From Phoronis australis (taxonomy: Eukaryota > Animalia > Phoronida): a stretch of DNA of 64,000 nucleotides. Below, piece by piece: positions 1 through 12,400 of this stretch. Numbering within the stretch: the first letter of the stretch is position 1; each line of letters opens with the position of its first letter. The translations under genes and the position numbers were made by a program. The notes below the pieces were generated by a model. That model had not been told where the DNA came from, searched no databases, and worked only from the letters and a program-made list of their open reading frames with translations. The stretch covers positions 36,464 through 100,463 of the forward strand of contig NMRA01000727.1 of the NCBI GenBank assembly GCA_002633005.1, written 5' to 3'.

Positions 1-337
1 GTAAGCTTTTTGATATCACTTTGACTTGGACAAACAGTTTCTGATAGTGTCCTCGGAAATATTGGCATACGCGTCCTTCAGTTGATGAGAAATAGCTCTT
101 GCTTTGCTGCCAAAGTTTTGGTGGAACTGTGTATTTACAACTTGTGAGACTGTGTCTTTTGCAATGACTTCTTTTATTTTATAATACAGTTTACCTTTTT
201 TTACTGAGAAGTAGTCTTTATTTCTGTAAAACCGTACTTTGCAGTGTTCTGCTCGGTTGCACGCTGCTTTACATGCACCTTAAACATATCTGATACTAAC
301 TGCGTGATTGTGTCGTATTGCTCACGCGTGACTGAAT

Positions 338-409
338 TTATCCTGTGAAGCGTCTTCTCTTTTTTGGAGACTTTTCCGTTCTTCTAAATCGAAAGGATTC
401 ATTCTGTAC
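338..409 (-). CDS. Putative terminal coding exon of ShK-CTL gene
   Basis: gttttcag acceptor; VQNESFRFRRTEKSPKKRRRFTG* in phase 0. If exon 850-774 is skipped it reads GTE* with the stop at 399-401. Confidence 0.5.
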   Translation of the reverse strand, partial: VQNESFRFRRTEKSPKKRRRFTG

Positions 410-3400
410 CTGAAAACATTTTCAAAACAGAAGTAATAAAACATAGCTATATGGCAGCACTGAACATTATTATAAGCTTCGTACAGTTGTATCTGATGGA
501 TGATTTGAAATTTGTTTCATATTAGCATGAATGGGAACTGTCTGTCGACCACTTGCATTCAGACACTTACTTTGTTGAGACAAATTTTGAAATTAACAGA
601 CCATCTAAAACGTTCACCTTTTCGTTGACTACTGAGAATTTAACGCTCGACTGTCACAGCGAGATTTTGTATGAGAACACTTTAGAAACGTAGCATCACT
701 GATTATTGGACGTACGTGTTAGCTCCGCCCAACAAGTGGTGTTACTGACGAATTCTTGAAAACTTCAGCCTACCTTTGAGACATCAAACAAACCCGTCAT
801 ATCAAAGCAATGTTGAGCCTCTTTCATCAGATGTCCTGTCATGTCTTTCCCTAAACAAAACAGCGTGTGCGCAACAGAAGATCAAAACATCGGCCACTGG
901 ACTAAAAGCACGCTACGAATCAACTATAGAGTTGTACTTGGTACTTCTTAAAGACAACGTGGCTCAAGGAAGTAAAATAACACATTTATTTGCAGGCAGG
1001 TTGGCAGATTTTTCCAGTGCAACAACAAAAAATTGGATTTAAGAAGGCGAGCCACTAGTTTAAAAAGGAAATTTGGTATATTTAATCTTTTACTACATCG
1101 CATAAAATGCATACTAAAACACTATCGCTGACTTCAACGTTGGTCGTTTTTGTTCCGTAAAACCCACTTTCAATGAATCCTACTTCAAATCCCAATGTTC
1201 TTCTAGCGATATAGGGATCCGTTCCCGTAAAATTGTTACGTGTTTTGTACATGTATGTCTGTTATCAACTATTCTAATGACGCGGTGACCGCAATCATAT
1301 CCGATTATTCGCCAGTTCTCGAAAAATGTCTGTCTCCAGAGTTGACCTTAACGCACTTTTTGAACTTACAGACCATCGTTGAACGAGCCCCAATTCCTTG
1401 AAAAGGAATGTTTTCAACAAGGGACAGAAAATGATAACACAACCTGTATCCTCACGTTTAGATGTACATGAAAGTTGCAAGCAAACGATTTCACACTGAA
1501 TTCAGTTCTTCCTGGCAAACTACAGAATGATATAGTCATATCCACAGCTGAAAAGGCGTTTCTCACAATATCATCAAGGTTTAAAATTCTTTTAAATCTG
1601 CACCCGCTGTCCATTATGGGAAGACCCGTGAAAAGCTCCAGTTGAACCATAATTGAGATGATTTTTAAATCCTTGAGGACCATGATGTATTAGCACTTTC
1701 ATAAACATGTATTGTGTATATCACACTGTGCCCTGGTCAAATAATTTCAATGACAATAATAAGAAAAATAATAATAACATAGTAATAGTAATAATAATTT
1801 AACTCTAGTGTTCCGTGTTTGCAGCAAGTCAAAAAGGAACTCTCTAAATATCACGAGCTTGAAAATAAATTTCTGTATTAAATGTGAATATGACCTACAG
1901 GTGTATTCGTTGACAGGTGGACCCCTATAATGTATCTATTTGTGTAATTTTCGTCTTTGACAAACTTCTGATCCCGGGTGTGTTCGTGATGTAGGTACAT
2001 GTATGTATGTTTGCGTGCAAATATGTCAAAAATTTATACTGTGTCATATGTTGTTCAAATATATATATTTAAAAAGAACAACAATAATAATAGTAATGGT
2101 TAGCCGAATTCATGCCGTATCAGTCCGGACGGTATTCCTACAGAAGAGGTATACGAAAAGGGTTGCACAAAATGGTGTTTTTTCAAAGCAAAAAATACTC
2201 TCCAAAACGGTGTCATTTTCGACAATCTAAAAGGGTGCCTTTTTGGAACTTTTGTGCTTTTTACACAAAAATACCCTCTAAATGGGTCACTTTTTTGTTC
2301 GAGCACACTCTGTAAATGGGCAGGTAATCAAAATTTTCGGGCGGCACCTCTCGTCCAGAAATACTCGAATATCCCCGGTCGTGTCAAATAAAACTTGTTT
2401 GTGATTTTGTCATTCATTTTTAAATATGACGTCGCTTCCGTAAAATGTAAAAACGGTACATTTCTCGCGTGTGCATTCGACGTAAAATGTAACAATGTCG
2501 TAAAACGTAACAGTTGTTACATTTTACGAAATTGTTACATTTTGCGGCGTATCAGAGCTCTACGTTAAATTTCCATTATTATTCAAAATATGTAGGGATC
2601 TTTTCATGCAACACCTCAACTAAGGACTGGGTCCCTGGGTCAATGAATTCTGAGCCCAGTCTTTAGTTGTATTATTAGAAAATGTCATAAAACAAAGAGG
2701 AACACATAATAAAGATTAAATGATAGAAAATATTGCATCTGTGAGTCCATTAAGAGACAAGTAGGCAAAAAGACTTAGGGACCTTAGCCGAGACCCTATC
2801 TGGGACTGTTTCATGCAAACGGCCACAGGAAGCTTATACAACATACCGGAAGTCTTGCACACAAACGATTTTTTCAATTCGCACTTATCGTCGACCCACT
2901 TCATAGACTGCCGACTCATCGAAACACAATCCCGAGTAGTAGAGTCTACTTCGTCCGTATGGTACACTAACAGAGAACAAAAAAACTAACCAGTTTTGCA
3001 AAGACCATTAAATTAATCAATCGAAATTACTCCAGGAAAATATTTTCTTGTTGATTCGGCCTAAATTGGAAATATACATTATTTGGTCTGACTCTCCTAA
3101 CCTTAGACGATACTTTAGTAAGGCAATAAATTTATGAGTGCATGTTCAATTTCCTTTGTCATTATCACGTCAGTACTCACAGGGAAAATAGAATTTTCTG
3201 CCATCAGGACGTTCGTAGCTACTCGCCAGCTCTTGGTCATGAAGTCCTATCCAAAACGTATTCGTTCCTCCAGTTGACCGAATCTGAAACGGTACACGTA
3301 TTTCCGATACTCGTCTCTTAGTAACACACCTACATGAGACAGAGAGAGAGAGAGAGAGAGAGNNNNNNNNNNNNNNNNNNNNNNNATCAATCAGAGAGGC

Positions 3401-6400
3401 GCATGGCCTCGATGTGAAGCTAAAGGAAAACTTTAGTATTCATCGCATACGCCGGCACACATGTTAACCAGGCTAAGAGACACATGTAGATGTTCAAAGT
3501 CAATATTTCATAGGGAGGAGCTGTCGTTATCACTGTTTGTTCTAGAGGAGAGGCAGATGTGGCCAAGGGCTTCACCAAAGAACAAGCCGACTAACGGTAT
3601 CGTTTAGCTGTGTAAAATTTCCTGCAAAATTAAAATGACTGTTGGGTAACCGAAGTGACATCTATATATTAATTGCCCATTACATACCATCTGACCTATC
3701 ACGGTGTTCTCGATTCCGTCTTCTGGAGTAGCAAGGGCACCTTTCGAGTTATTGCACGTAAGTTGTGCCTCTTCAAACGTTTTCAGTGTTGATTTAACGA
3801 TAAGGTATTCGAAGCTACCCTGGTTGAAACGAATATCTGAAAATAAATACCGAATCAAGCAAACACTGAATACACTGTACATGCGTCCTTGAAATTGCAA
3901 GAGACGACCAATCATGCTGGTACATGCACATGTTTACCAAACTCGCTATAGAAGGCGCTTCACAGCTCATTATATTATTTAAAATTATCGTCTATAGACC
4001 GACATGGCGAACTGTCCACGAGCTCTGATTGTATGTCACGCACAATTATTGCGTTGAAGTATGAACATTCACTGTAGTCATGACACACATGTACAGTATT
4101 TACACATGTAGTAGGCGCAATTACCATTGTGTCGCGCGAAACTGAAACAAGTTTGGTCACAAATTTAGAACAGGATCACAAGTACTGGCTGCTCGAAGGA
4201 ACTGGGATTTTTTAATGGGCAAGAATTTTAGTCAGGTGGAAGAGGTGTTGAGGTGGAAAACTTGCGGCCTTCTCGAGTGGAAAGCTGGACGTGCTAGACT
4301 GTTTATAGCTTAGGTAGGCTACCTCAGTGAGTAATCTTAATCTCCAGAACGCCCCAACTATTCTTTCTTCAAAAACGTGGTTGCATCACTCGCAACATAT
4401 GCTGCCTATCGTCCTTACTTTATAGCATGCAGTAGAGGAATGTTAGTTGTCTCATGTCAGACCTATATGGCCATTATCGAGCACGTGCACCTAAGGACAT
4501 GCACAAAGAGTAACGGGATGCTAAAGGGAAAAGCAACCGGTACCTAAAGAGTTCCCACAATGCATTGTCTCAGTTTTTTTAGCTTTCAGTTAGCTAATAT
4601 GAAATGAATACCCTAAAATGTAATTACATAAGCACTTTTTCCAAATACTAGCGACATTTTTTCTCAAATTTGAAGAAAAAATAATAGTTATTTCCAAGAT
4701 TCTCTCCAAATAATGTATTATGTTATTATGCAGATAGGGCAGCACACTCACTGAAGTACTTAGACAATGAATTCGATTTCCCTTTCGTCGGCTTTGAGGT
4801 CGTAAGAACTCGACCCACTTGCACAAGAAATACTGCAGGCATATGTAAGCCACAACCAACTGCATCAAGGGGTGGTAAATATTCACAAAATACTGTAGAC
4901 ACTAAACAAATACTGGCGAAGGCCACAGTAAACCAGGGTCACTCGTATTTGCTAATGCAATGATGGAATGAGCACGGTCTGAACACAATGCATAAGCCTA
5001 TATGTACGAGTCGTGGCACTTGATCTGGGGCGAAGTCGATGGCCTGGCATCACTCGCCTTTGAATGGCATCAAATTGTTCGTTATTTATAAAATTTGCAA
5101 GTGCACTTACAAGGTGGCGAATCCTTCATCCTAGCGTTGCTTTTGTATTTGGCCGAGACACGATTCCATGAAATGTGTCGAACTGGCTCCTTACTGAATC
5201 GCATGTTCAACACTGGTGTTCCACACTCTGGTGCGGCGCACAAACCGATGCCATGTGTGTGCAACTTTCACGTATTTCGGAAATTTAGATACAGAGACGT
5301 TCTCAGTCACTAAGTTTTTGTTACTAAGACTCCACAAACGCACCTCATGTCTGAAAAAGGCGCCGGGCTTTCCCCGGATTTTCCTCACAAATCCTCAGTG
5401 TCGCACTGGTCGAGACGGTCTTCCACCTTTTACGTACATGTACAACCCCGATAACAGATTTTTAATATTTTTGGCTTATTTCTTAGCAACAGTTATACTA
5501 AAGGCTATTAAATCCCTTAAGATGTAGCAAAAACGTTCTCTTTGAGACACAGGGTCATGGTGGGAACTCTTTAATACAAATGCAGATGCTAGTTACGTTG
5601 TAGAGATAGTAAAACAGTGAAGCTGTCACTGCACCGCTGCAGCTACAACCTAACAACCAGTTAGACTCTAGTTGCTTTCCTCACCACATAAGTCACACGA
5701 ATTCCGACAACTCATTCTAACTGTGTTGCTAGTGAGGCAATTTGAAATGTGGTCTTCACAATCTGTAATTTCGTCGATACATTGTGTAACTGAAACGAAA
5801 TAAGTCATGGAATGTTTGTTGTACTGCAATCTTGCAATTCGTTGAGCAATTAGTGCGTGTCATCCTAAGTCACAACCGGACGTACGTACTCAATCGCATT
5901 TAAGCATTCCCCTAACATAACAAATAGCAAATTTCGTTCTTAATATTAATCCACAGACTTGTAATTCTTATAACATCCGCGACCTCACTGCATGGACATC
6001 ACATAGGGGGCTGGGGGGGCTATAGCCCCACTTATTTCAGTGCTGCGCAGCCAAGCCATTGTGGCGCCGTTTTAATTCATGAGCAAACTGCAAACCACAT
6101 CAACAATCCGTCATAACATCTATACTAAACATTTTGTGAGGGGCATCCCTCGCCTCACATAATGAGATAGTCAAAAAGAAATAATTTGCAAACGGCACGG
6201 GTTATACGGACAAATTTAAACGACTTTCATGAATCTGATATCTGTTTTGGAATTGAAGAGCAATTTACCAAGAAAATAAAAAAATCACTCTAGGGGTAAT
6301 CTTTCAGGCTCAGCCTTAAACTTGTGTATGTGATCGTGGTGTGGCTCTTATACAAAAATCACTTATTGGCCTCTTATATAGGCCTTGAAATGTTTACACA

Positions 6401-9400
6401 TAAAATAACACGTTTTTGCATATCGAAGTCACCAATTTTCCAATATAAAACAGGTAGATTGCATGCAACAAGAGAAACACATGATGAGACTTGGACGTGG
6501 GGTATGAGGATCACCAAATAAAATTGATACTAATAATTTTGCTGCATTTATCGCGTGACGGAAAAATAAATCCAGAAGCACTTCTTTTTGTAGTGTTAAA
6601 GGCGAAAGTAACCTTTTTCTTGTCACTTTTAGCAAAAATAAGGTTCGTTGATTATCCCAGACGCATTTTACACTTAATTAAAGCTTTTCGTAACTTGATT
6701 AATTTCTCGTCCTCTACTCCGGAAGTGACGTTTTGGGAGGCAAGAGTTTCGCGCCAATTTCTTTTTATTATAGTCTGACTGTGAGAGCTGTCGAGTCAGT
6801 CATTGTTGTGATAAGTTCGGTCGTCGTTCTCTTTTGTTTAAAAGTCAGTCAACATGCCACGCTGTTGTTGCGTGCCGGGATGTACTCATTATCGTCTCAC
6901 GCGGGCTTTGGGTACCTTGCGTCGCTTTCCGAAGGATGACACACCTCGCTGTACTTGGCTAGCTCGTTCATGTGAAGAACGCAGCGCTACCCGTCCACGC
7001 AACGTAAAAAGCAGTGGAGGGTTACCGAGTTTGTGGCAAGCATTTTCTGCCGTCAGATTTTGACAGATATGTACATGTACGCTGAACTGATGAAGGTCCC
7101 TGAGAAACAACGCCTGAAGAAGGGTACCATACCGTCGCTGTTGATTCCCGTCGCCAACTCCGAGAAGTGCGTTTTTGAAGCGAGAAGCCTCGCGAGCTGT
7201 GGCCACTATATACAGTGGCTGGAGGCACTTTATCTACTGTCACCCGTACCTCCGAACGTACCCCCATTGCGTGCGATCCCGGGAACTAGCAGGGATTCGC
7301 CCTAGGCTGTTGTCTCAAGCCCAGAGCCTGTAATCAGCCCTGCAGCGATGTTGAGTAGTGGGAGTGAATACAGGCCCAGTTCGACACCCAGTGAAGAGGA
7401 CTGTTTGTCATCCAATGAACAGATCAGTGAGCCTATATGCAAGTTTGATAAGTGTATTGTGGACTTGTATTGGAGCTATTTCGAAGGTGCCAGGTGTGTG
7501 GCGAGGGAGTCACATGGCGGGATGTAAGCAATTTGGGTGCTCAGATCACCCTTCAGTGGGAGTGTGTCGCGGGACACTCGGGCAAGTGGGACAGTTCTTC
7601 CGCTGTACGTGAGACGATAATGAGTACACCCCAGTACGCAGCAACAGCGTGCCATGTTGACTGACTCGTAAGCAAAAGCAAACGACGACCGAAGTTATCA
7701 CAACCGAGGTAGAACAATGACTGACTCGACTGCTCTCATAGTTAAACTATATGAAAAGAAATTGACGCGAAATTCTTCCCTCCCAAAACGTCACTTCTGG
7801 AGTAGACGACGAGTAATTAATTAAATTACGAAAAGCAGTAAATAAGTGAAAAATATGTCTGGGATAATCCATGAACCCAATTTTTGCTAAAAATGACATG
7901 AAAAAGGTTGCCTTCGCCTTTAAACGTGGGTGTCACTCAAGTGCTTCTACAAGCCAGTTTGTTGGGTTATGGACATTGAAATGTATGTTTGTGGATAGAT
8001 CTTGGATATGTAAACAAATTTAAGAAATCTTTGGAAAGGATTTTTTCATCTTTTAGTTCTAAAATTACTCCACTGTTGCGCATTCTACACTTTTTAAACA
8101 AATGTTTTTAGCTTTGTTACTTTTAAATTGGTTTCAAGAAGAATTAATTTATGGGAATCAACATTTTAGGGACCATTAGTATTTCTGACAGTATTTTTCA
8201 CTTTGAAGACAAAAGCCAACATCAGAGGCAAGGCATCGATGTCTGAAATACAAAAATTAATTTATCAAAATCGCATGGTGCATATAAAAGTTATCGCTTT
8301 TTATGAGTTAACTCGTGATTTTGATTAGGTCGGCCATCTTGGGATATCAGCGCCATAGGTTTCGAGATTAAAAAGTTTAAAATGCTTCAAAATTATTTAT
8401 TAATATTCTAGCAGTAAAATTTAGTGGCGCATATTTTTACCTATCATTCTCATCCACAATCCAAGAGTTTACACAAGAATTTAATCTCGCAGGTGTAACT
8501 TATTGAGTCCTCACAATTCACGCTGGCGACTTTTGTGTTCAACCGGCCACATTGTCATTGGTGAAGATTTAATTGTAATACGTTTGTAGACACACAGATA
8601 TCAGAAGCAGGTGAGTACAATTTTTCCGGTGCTTTGGCCACAGGTATCATGAAGCCTCTACATGTACATGTACAGTACAGTACTTATCAATGTGAAGTGC
8701 CCATTCAATTGACCTTGCACTCTGCTACAAAATACTGCTCAAATTGGTTTGAAACCGCTTTTTCTTTGGAAGTGAACTTTTTTCAAGGTATGATTAGGTG
8801 TCACAACAAGCCACATATTTTTCGAAATTTATGCATTAACTGTGGTTTTGATCCATGTTTTGAACCAGTTACTTTATATTCAAGATTTATTTAAGCAACT
8901 AAGTGTGAAAACATCTTACATGATTTACAGAAATGGGTTACATTTGAATTATGGAGTGCGAAGCTTACTTAAATCCTTCTGCTTCATGGCCTCGTATTTT
9001 TTATTATGATGGTTGTAGAATTTTAGTTTAGGAGGAACGCTTGTATGGTGCGTACTCAGTCGCCATGGTAACAATTATGCATAACCACTTTTATACTTAA
9101 CATGGTTTTGGTTCAGCCTGTATTGCTGAATTTTTCAAAAGTACATTTTAAGTTACTTATTGTGACGAACAGGTAATAGGAACATTTTAGTTTGCGTATT
9201 TTAATACAAAATTAAAATTTGTAGTGAGATCAATGTGATAGGTGTAATCTTTTGCTACAACAATGAAGTTTTGAAACCCGTGCGTCCAATATTTTCAAGA
9301 CATGTCATTTTTATTTCTTACGTGTGTGGGAGATTAACAACAAGTGACGAAATAACGTTTGGGAGGAATACATGTAGGTTAACCGATTAGCACCTTGTAA

Positions 9401-12400
9401 AAATGACCAAACTCAGTTTAAATTGACTTCATATGCTTTATGTAATGATTATCAGGTCATGGGGTGGAGTTAACAGGGCACAGCATCACAAAGCAGCGGA
9501 CAACGGAGGGAGACACCGGTTAGAAATATGAACTTTATCCAAAGTGATGAAACTCTCACTGGTGTAGCAGCGCAGATTAGACTCATTCGAAAATATACAC
9601 GCTAATAACATTAGTTTTGGCCAAATTAAAAGTAAGAAATGGAAAACAAAAACGGCGCTTATAGAGTGCAGCAAGCAAATGACGATCCTAATAAAAAGTC
9701 ATCCTCAGGTACAATAGCAGACAGAAAACGAAACATCGTAACAGAATATTAGATTAGCATTAAAACGTCGTCCCCAAACATGCATGTGCCATCGTTTCCT
9801 TGAAGGAAACGTTTTGGTCTAATTTCATGAAATCTCACCAAATAAATCTAGTCATAGAAACTGCCACTAGGGGGCCAGCAGTACTCGTATCTGATTTGAT
9901 CGCCACACAAACATATTTGCAAAAATTGATGAAGCCCCTTTTGAGATTGATGAAATGCAGCTGCATACTGTTCGTATCCAAGAGTTTTTGTTTCAAGTTT
10001 TTTTAAGCCGTTTGAAAGCAACATCGCTAACCTGGAGTCTTTTTGAACCAAAACTGAGCTTTTTGGGCCAAAATACATGTACACATAATGCTCTAACTTA
10101 AAAAGGAATGGCCCAAAATGTTGAACATATCCCACCAGGATGTATGCACAATTTTTCAAGATCTGAGTAGATGAGCCTAGAGTCGACCTTATGATGCTCT
10201 CGTGGTATGAGAGTTAAGTGGCGGAAATCTGTAATTTGTAACTACGATTTTTTGAAAGACACGTGTATGGAACGCAGGATGTTTTTTACAACAACGAATG
10301 TAAAACACTTTGAATCTCGCAAACACCAAATCGTGTAGGCTGCTTGAATACTGTAACTCACTTATGATTGGCTGGCATATGAATATAACCCCGTCTTACC
10401 CGACCGGCGGCAAATGAACTGTCTTCTGGTTTCTAAACACTCGTCACTTTTCCAATGTTTCGTGATGCGGTCCATATAAACACAGAGTTGCTCTAACTCT
10501 GTATCTTTTGGGTACCCTTCGTCCCAGTCTATTCAAGAAAGTAAAATACACCAATATCACAACTATCCTGTATTAAGCAAAGACAGGTTCAGTAGATCTT
10601 TGAAAATCACGATTCATGCTTATGGTGCCTATGCTTTTGTATTTTATAACGGCGGGGTGAGACAGCGTTCTTAGTTACAGTGCAGCCCAAGTTCTGCGGT
10701 TACTCTAATTGTAAGGTTTTCCGATAAATTGATATATCAAAGATGAAAGCATGCTACTAGGGCTTGACAATAGTGCTGCGTGACTTGAAGTCACTTTTTC
10801 GGAAAACTGTTTTACAAACACGTTGCAATTTATTTGCGTCGATGTGAACTACCAATTTCGACGCCTGCAGAAAGACAACGACGAAATTCATGATAAGGCG
10901 CTAATACACCATATGGATCTTAGAACATTCGCCGCCCGACTGGGGTCTGGCGGAAATGGGCAAATTTGATCAAATGTCTGAAATGCAGCACCTTTCGGGG
11001 GGATACTCACTCCAACTGTGAAATTTTCAGTCGATTCTCGCCAAGTTTACCAGTCTCGAGGTCGTACAGAGAAATGTTTTGGTGTGGTACGGTCACCAGA
11101 GTAATTGCATTGTTCCCCGTCACCTCGGAAAGCTATAATTGTGTGAAGTTATAATTTTTGTCAAGATAAGCCCGATGTTGAGTTGTAATGGCCATGTGGT
11201 GCTGCTTATGTGGTTTAATAATATGAACAAACTGTCACAAATGGAAGATTGCCACAGTTGTAGCCGTGCAGTCTCCTACTATATCTTGGTACGAGATATC
11301 ATCAGAATCCAAATCTTCGCTCTTGACTGAGATATCGTGGCAAAACATGTTGAATTTACAGTTCCCTCGTTCCTCGATCGAGGTTAACTCAAATTCGACT
11401 GGAGCCTGGCAGAATGCCTCACCAGTACCACCACATACAACACACTTTTGGCGGCCGCCATTGTCTTTAAATCCTTCCAATTTCATCCAGTCGTCAACTT
11501 ACAATGCTCCTTTGTTCAGGTATATACATGTACGAGAGGCTTGACCCCAGCGGCCACGTTTCGAGCCATTCTAGGAGATCACCAATGCGTTAATCTAGTC
11601 AGAATCCAGTTCTGCTCACACGAGTTGGCTTTGCACGCGAGAATAAGGTTCTCACTTGAGACTGTCTCAAAACATATCTGGATTATAACGCAATCATCCT
11701 CAGTTCTGTTCATGCCGTACCTTCAAAAGAATTAACAATCGCTACTTCCAAAAATTACTCCTTCTTCTATTCTGCTTGCATAGCAAGAAACCTTCGGAGA
11801 CTGGACTCAATTCCGAATGACATACTAGTAAAATCTCGGTTAGGCAGACAACGTTTGACGTCTTCTCAAATCACGACATTAACTTTACGGCAGAGCTACT
11901 GTTGATAGAATGGCATGGGGAAAATGACATTTAACTGGAATATATGTTGGCATTTTGCCATACCGCTCCGGAGGTGGTGTTGGTTGCTGTTGTCCAGCTT
12001 TTGAAGCGGGTCGTTTGGAGTGTTTCCTTAACTACAGGAGATGTAGGTAAGGCCTCATCACCTTACTAGCTCCCTATACCGGCTGGTGAAACAATTATTC
12101 GCTTTGAAAAATATGAGACGATAACATGAGGAAAAGTTGAGGAAGTCATGCTAACCCCTGCTCCCAAACATCCCTCTCTTGCCGGTGAACTATTCTAAAT
12201 AACGCTATGTTAACAATAATCTATGTGTATGAAACTACTCCCTTCTATTCAACATCAAGCGGACCGGTCAATAAGAGCCACTGTGTAATTTCACTTGCTG
12301 AAGCAGACGTTGAATAGGTAAATGTTGAAAGTGGTGAAAGAAGGTACCCACACCATCAGAATCACTTGTGACAACACTGAAATCTCCGAGCTCTTGGTTT

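Noticed and set aside
6854-7610. Host THAP-domain gene
   Set aside because: Frameshifted, truncated and enclosed by TIRs with TTAA duplications, so it is a transposase relic.
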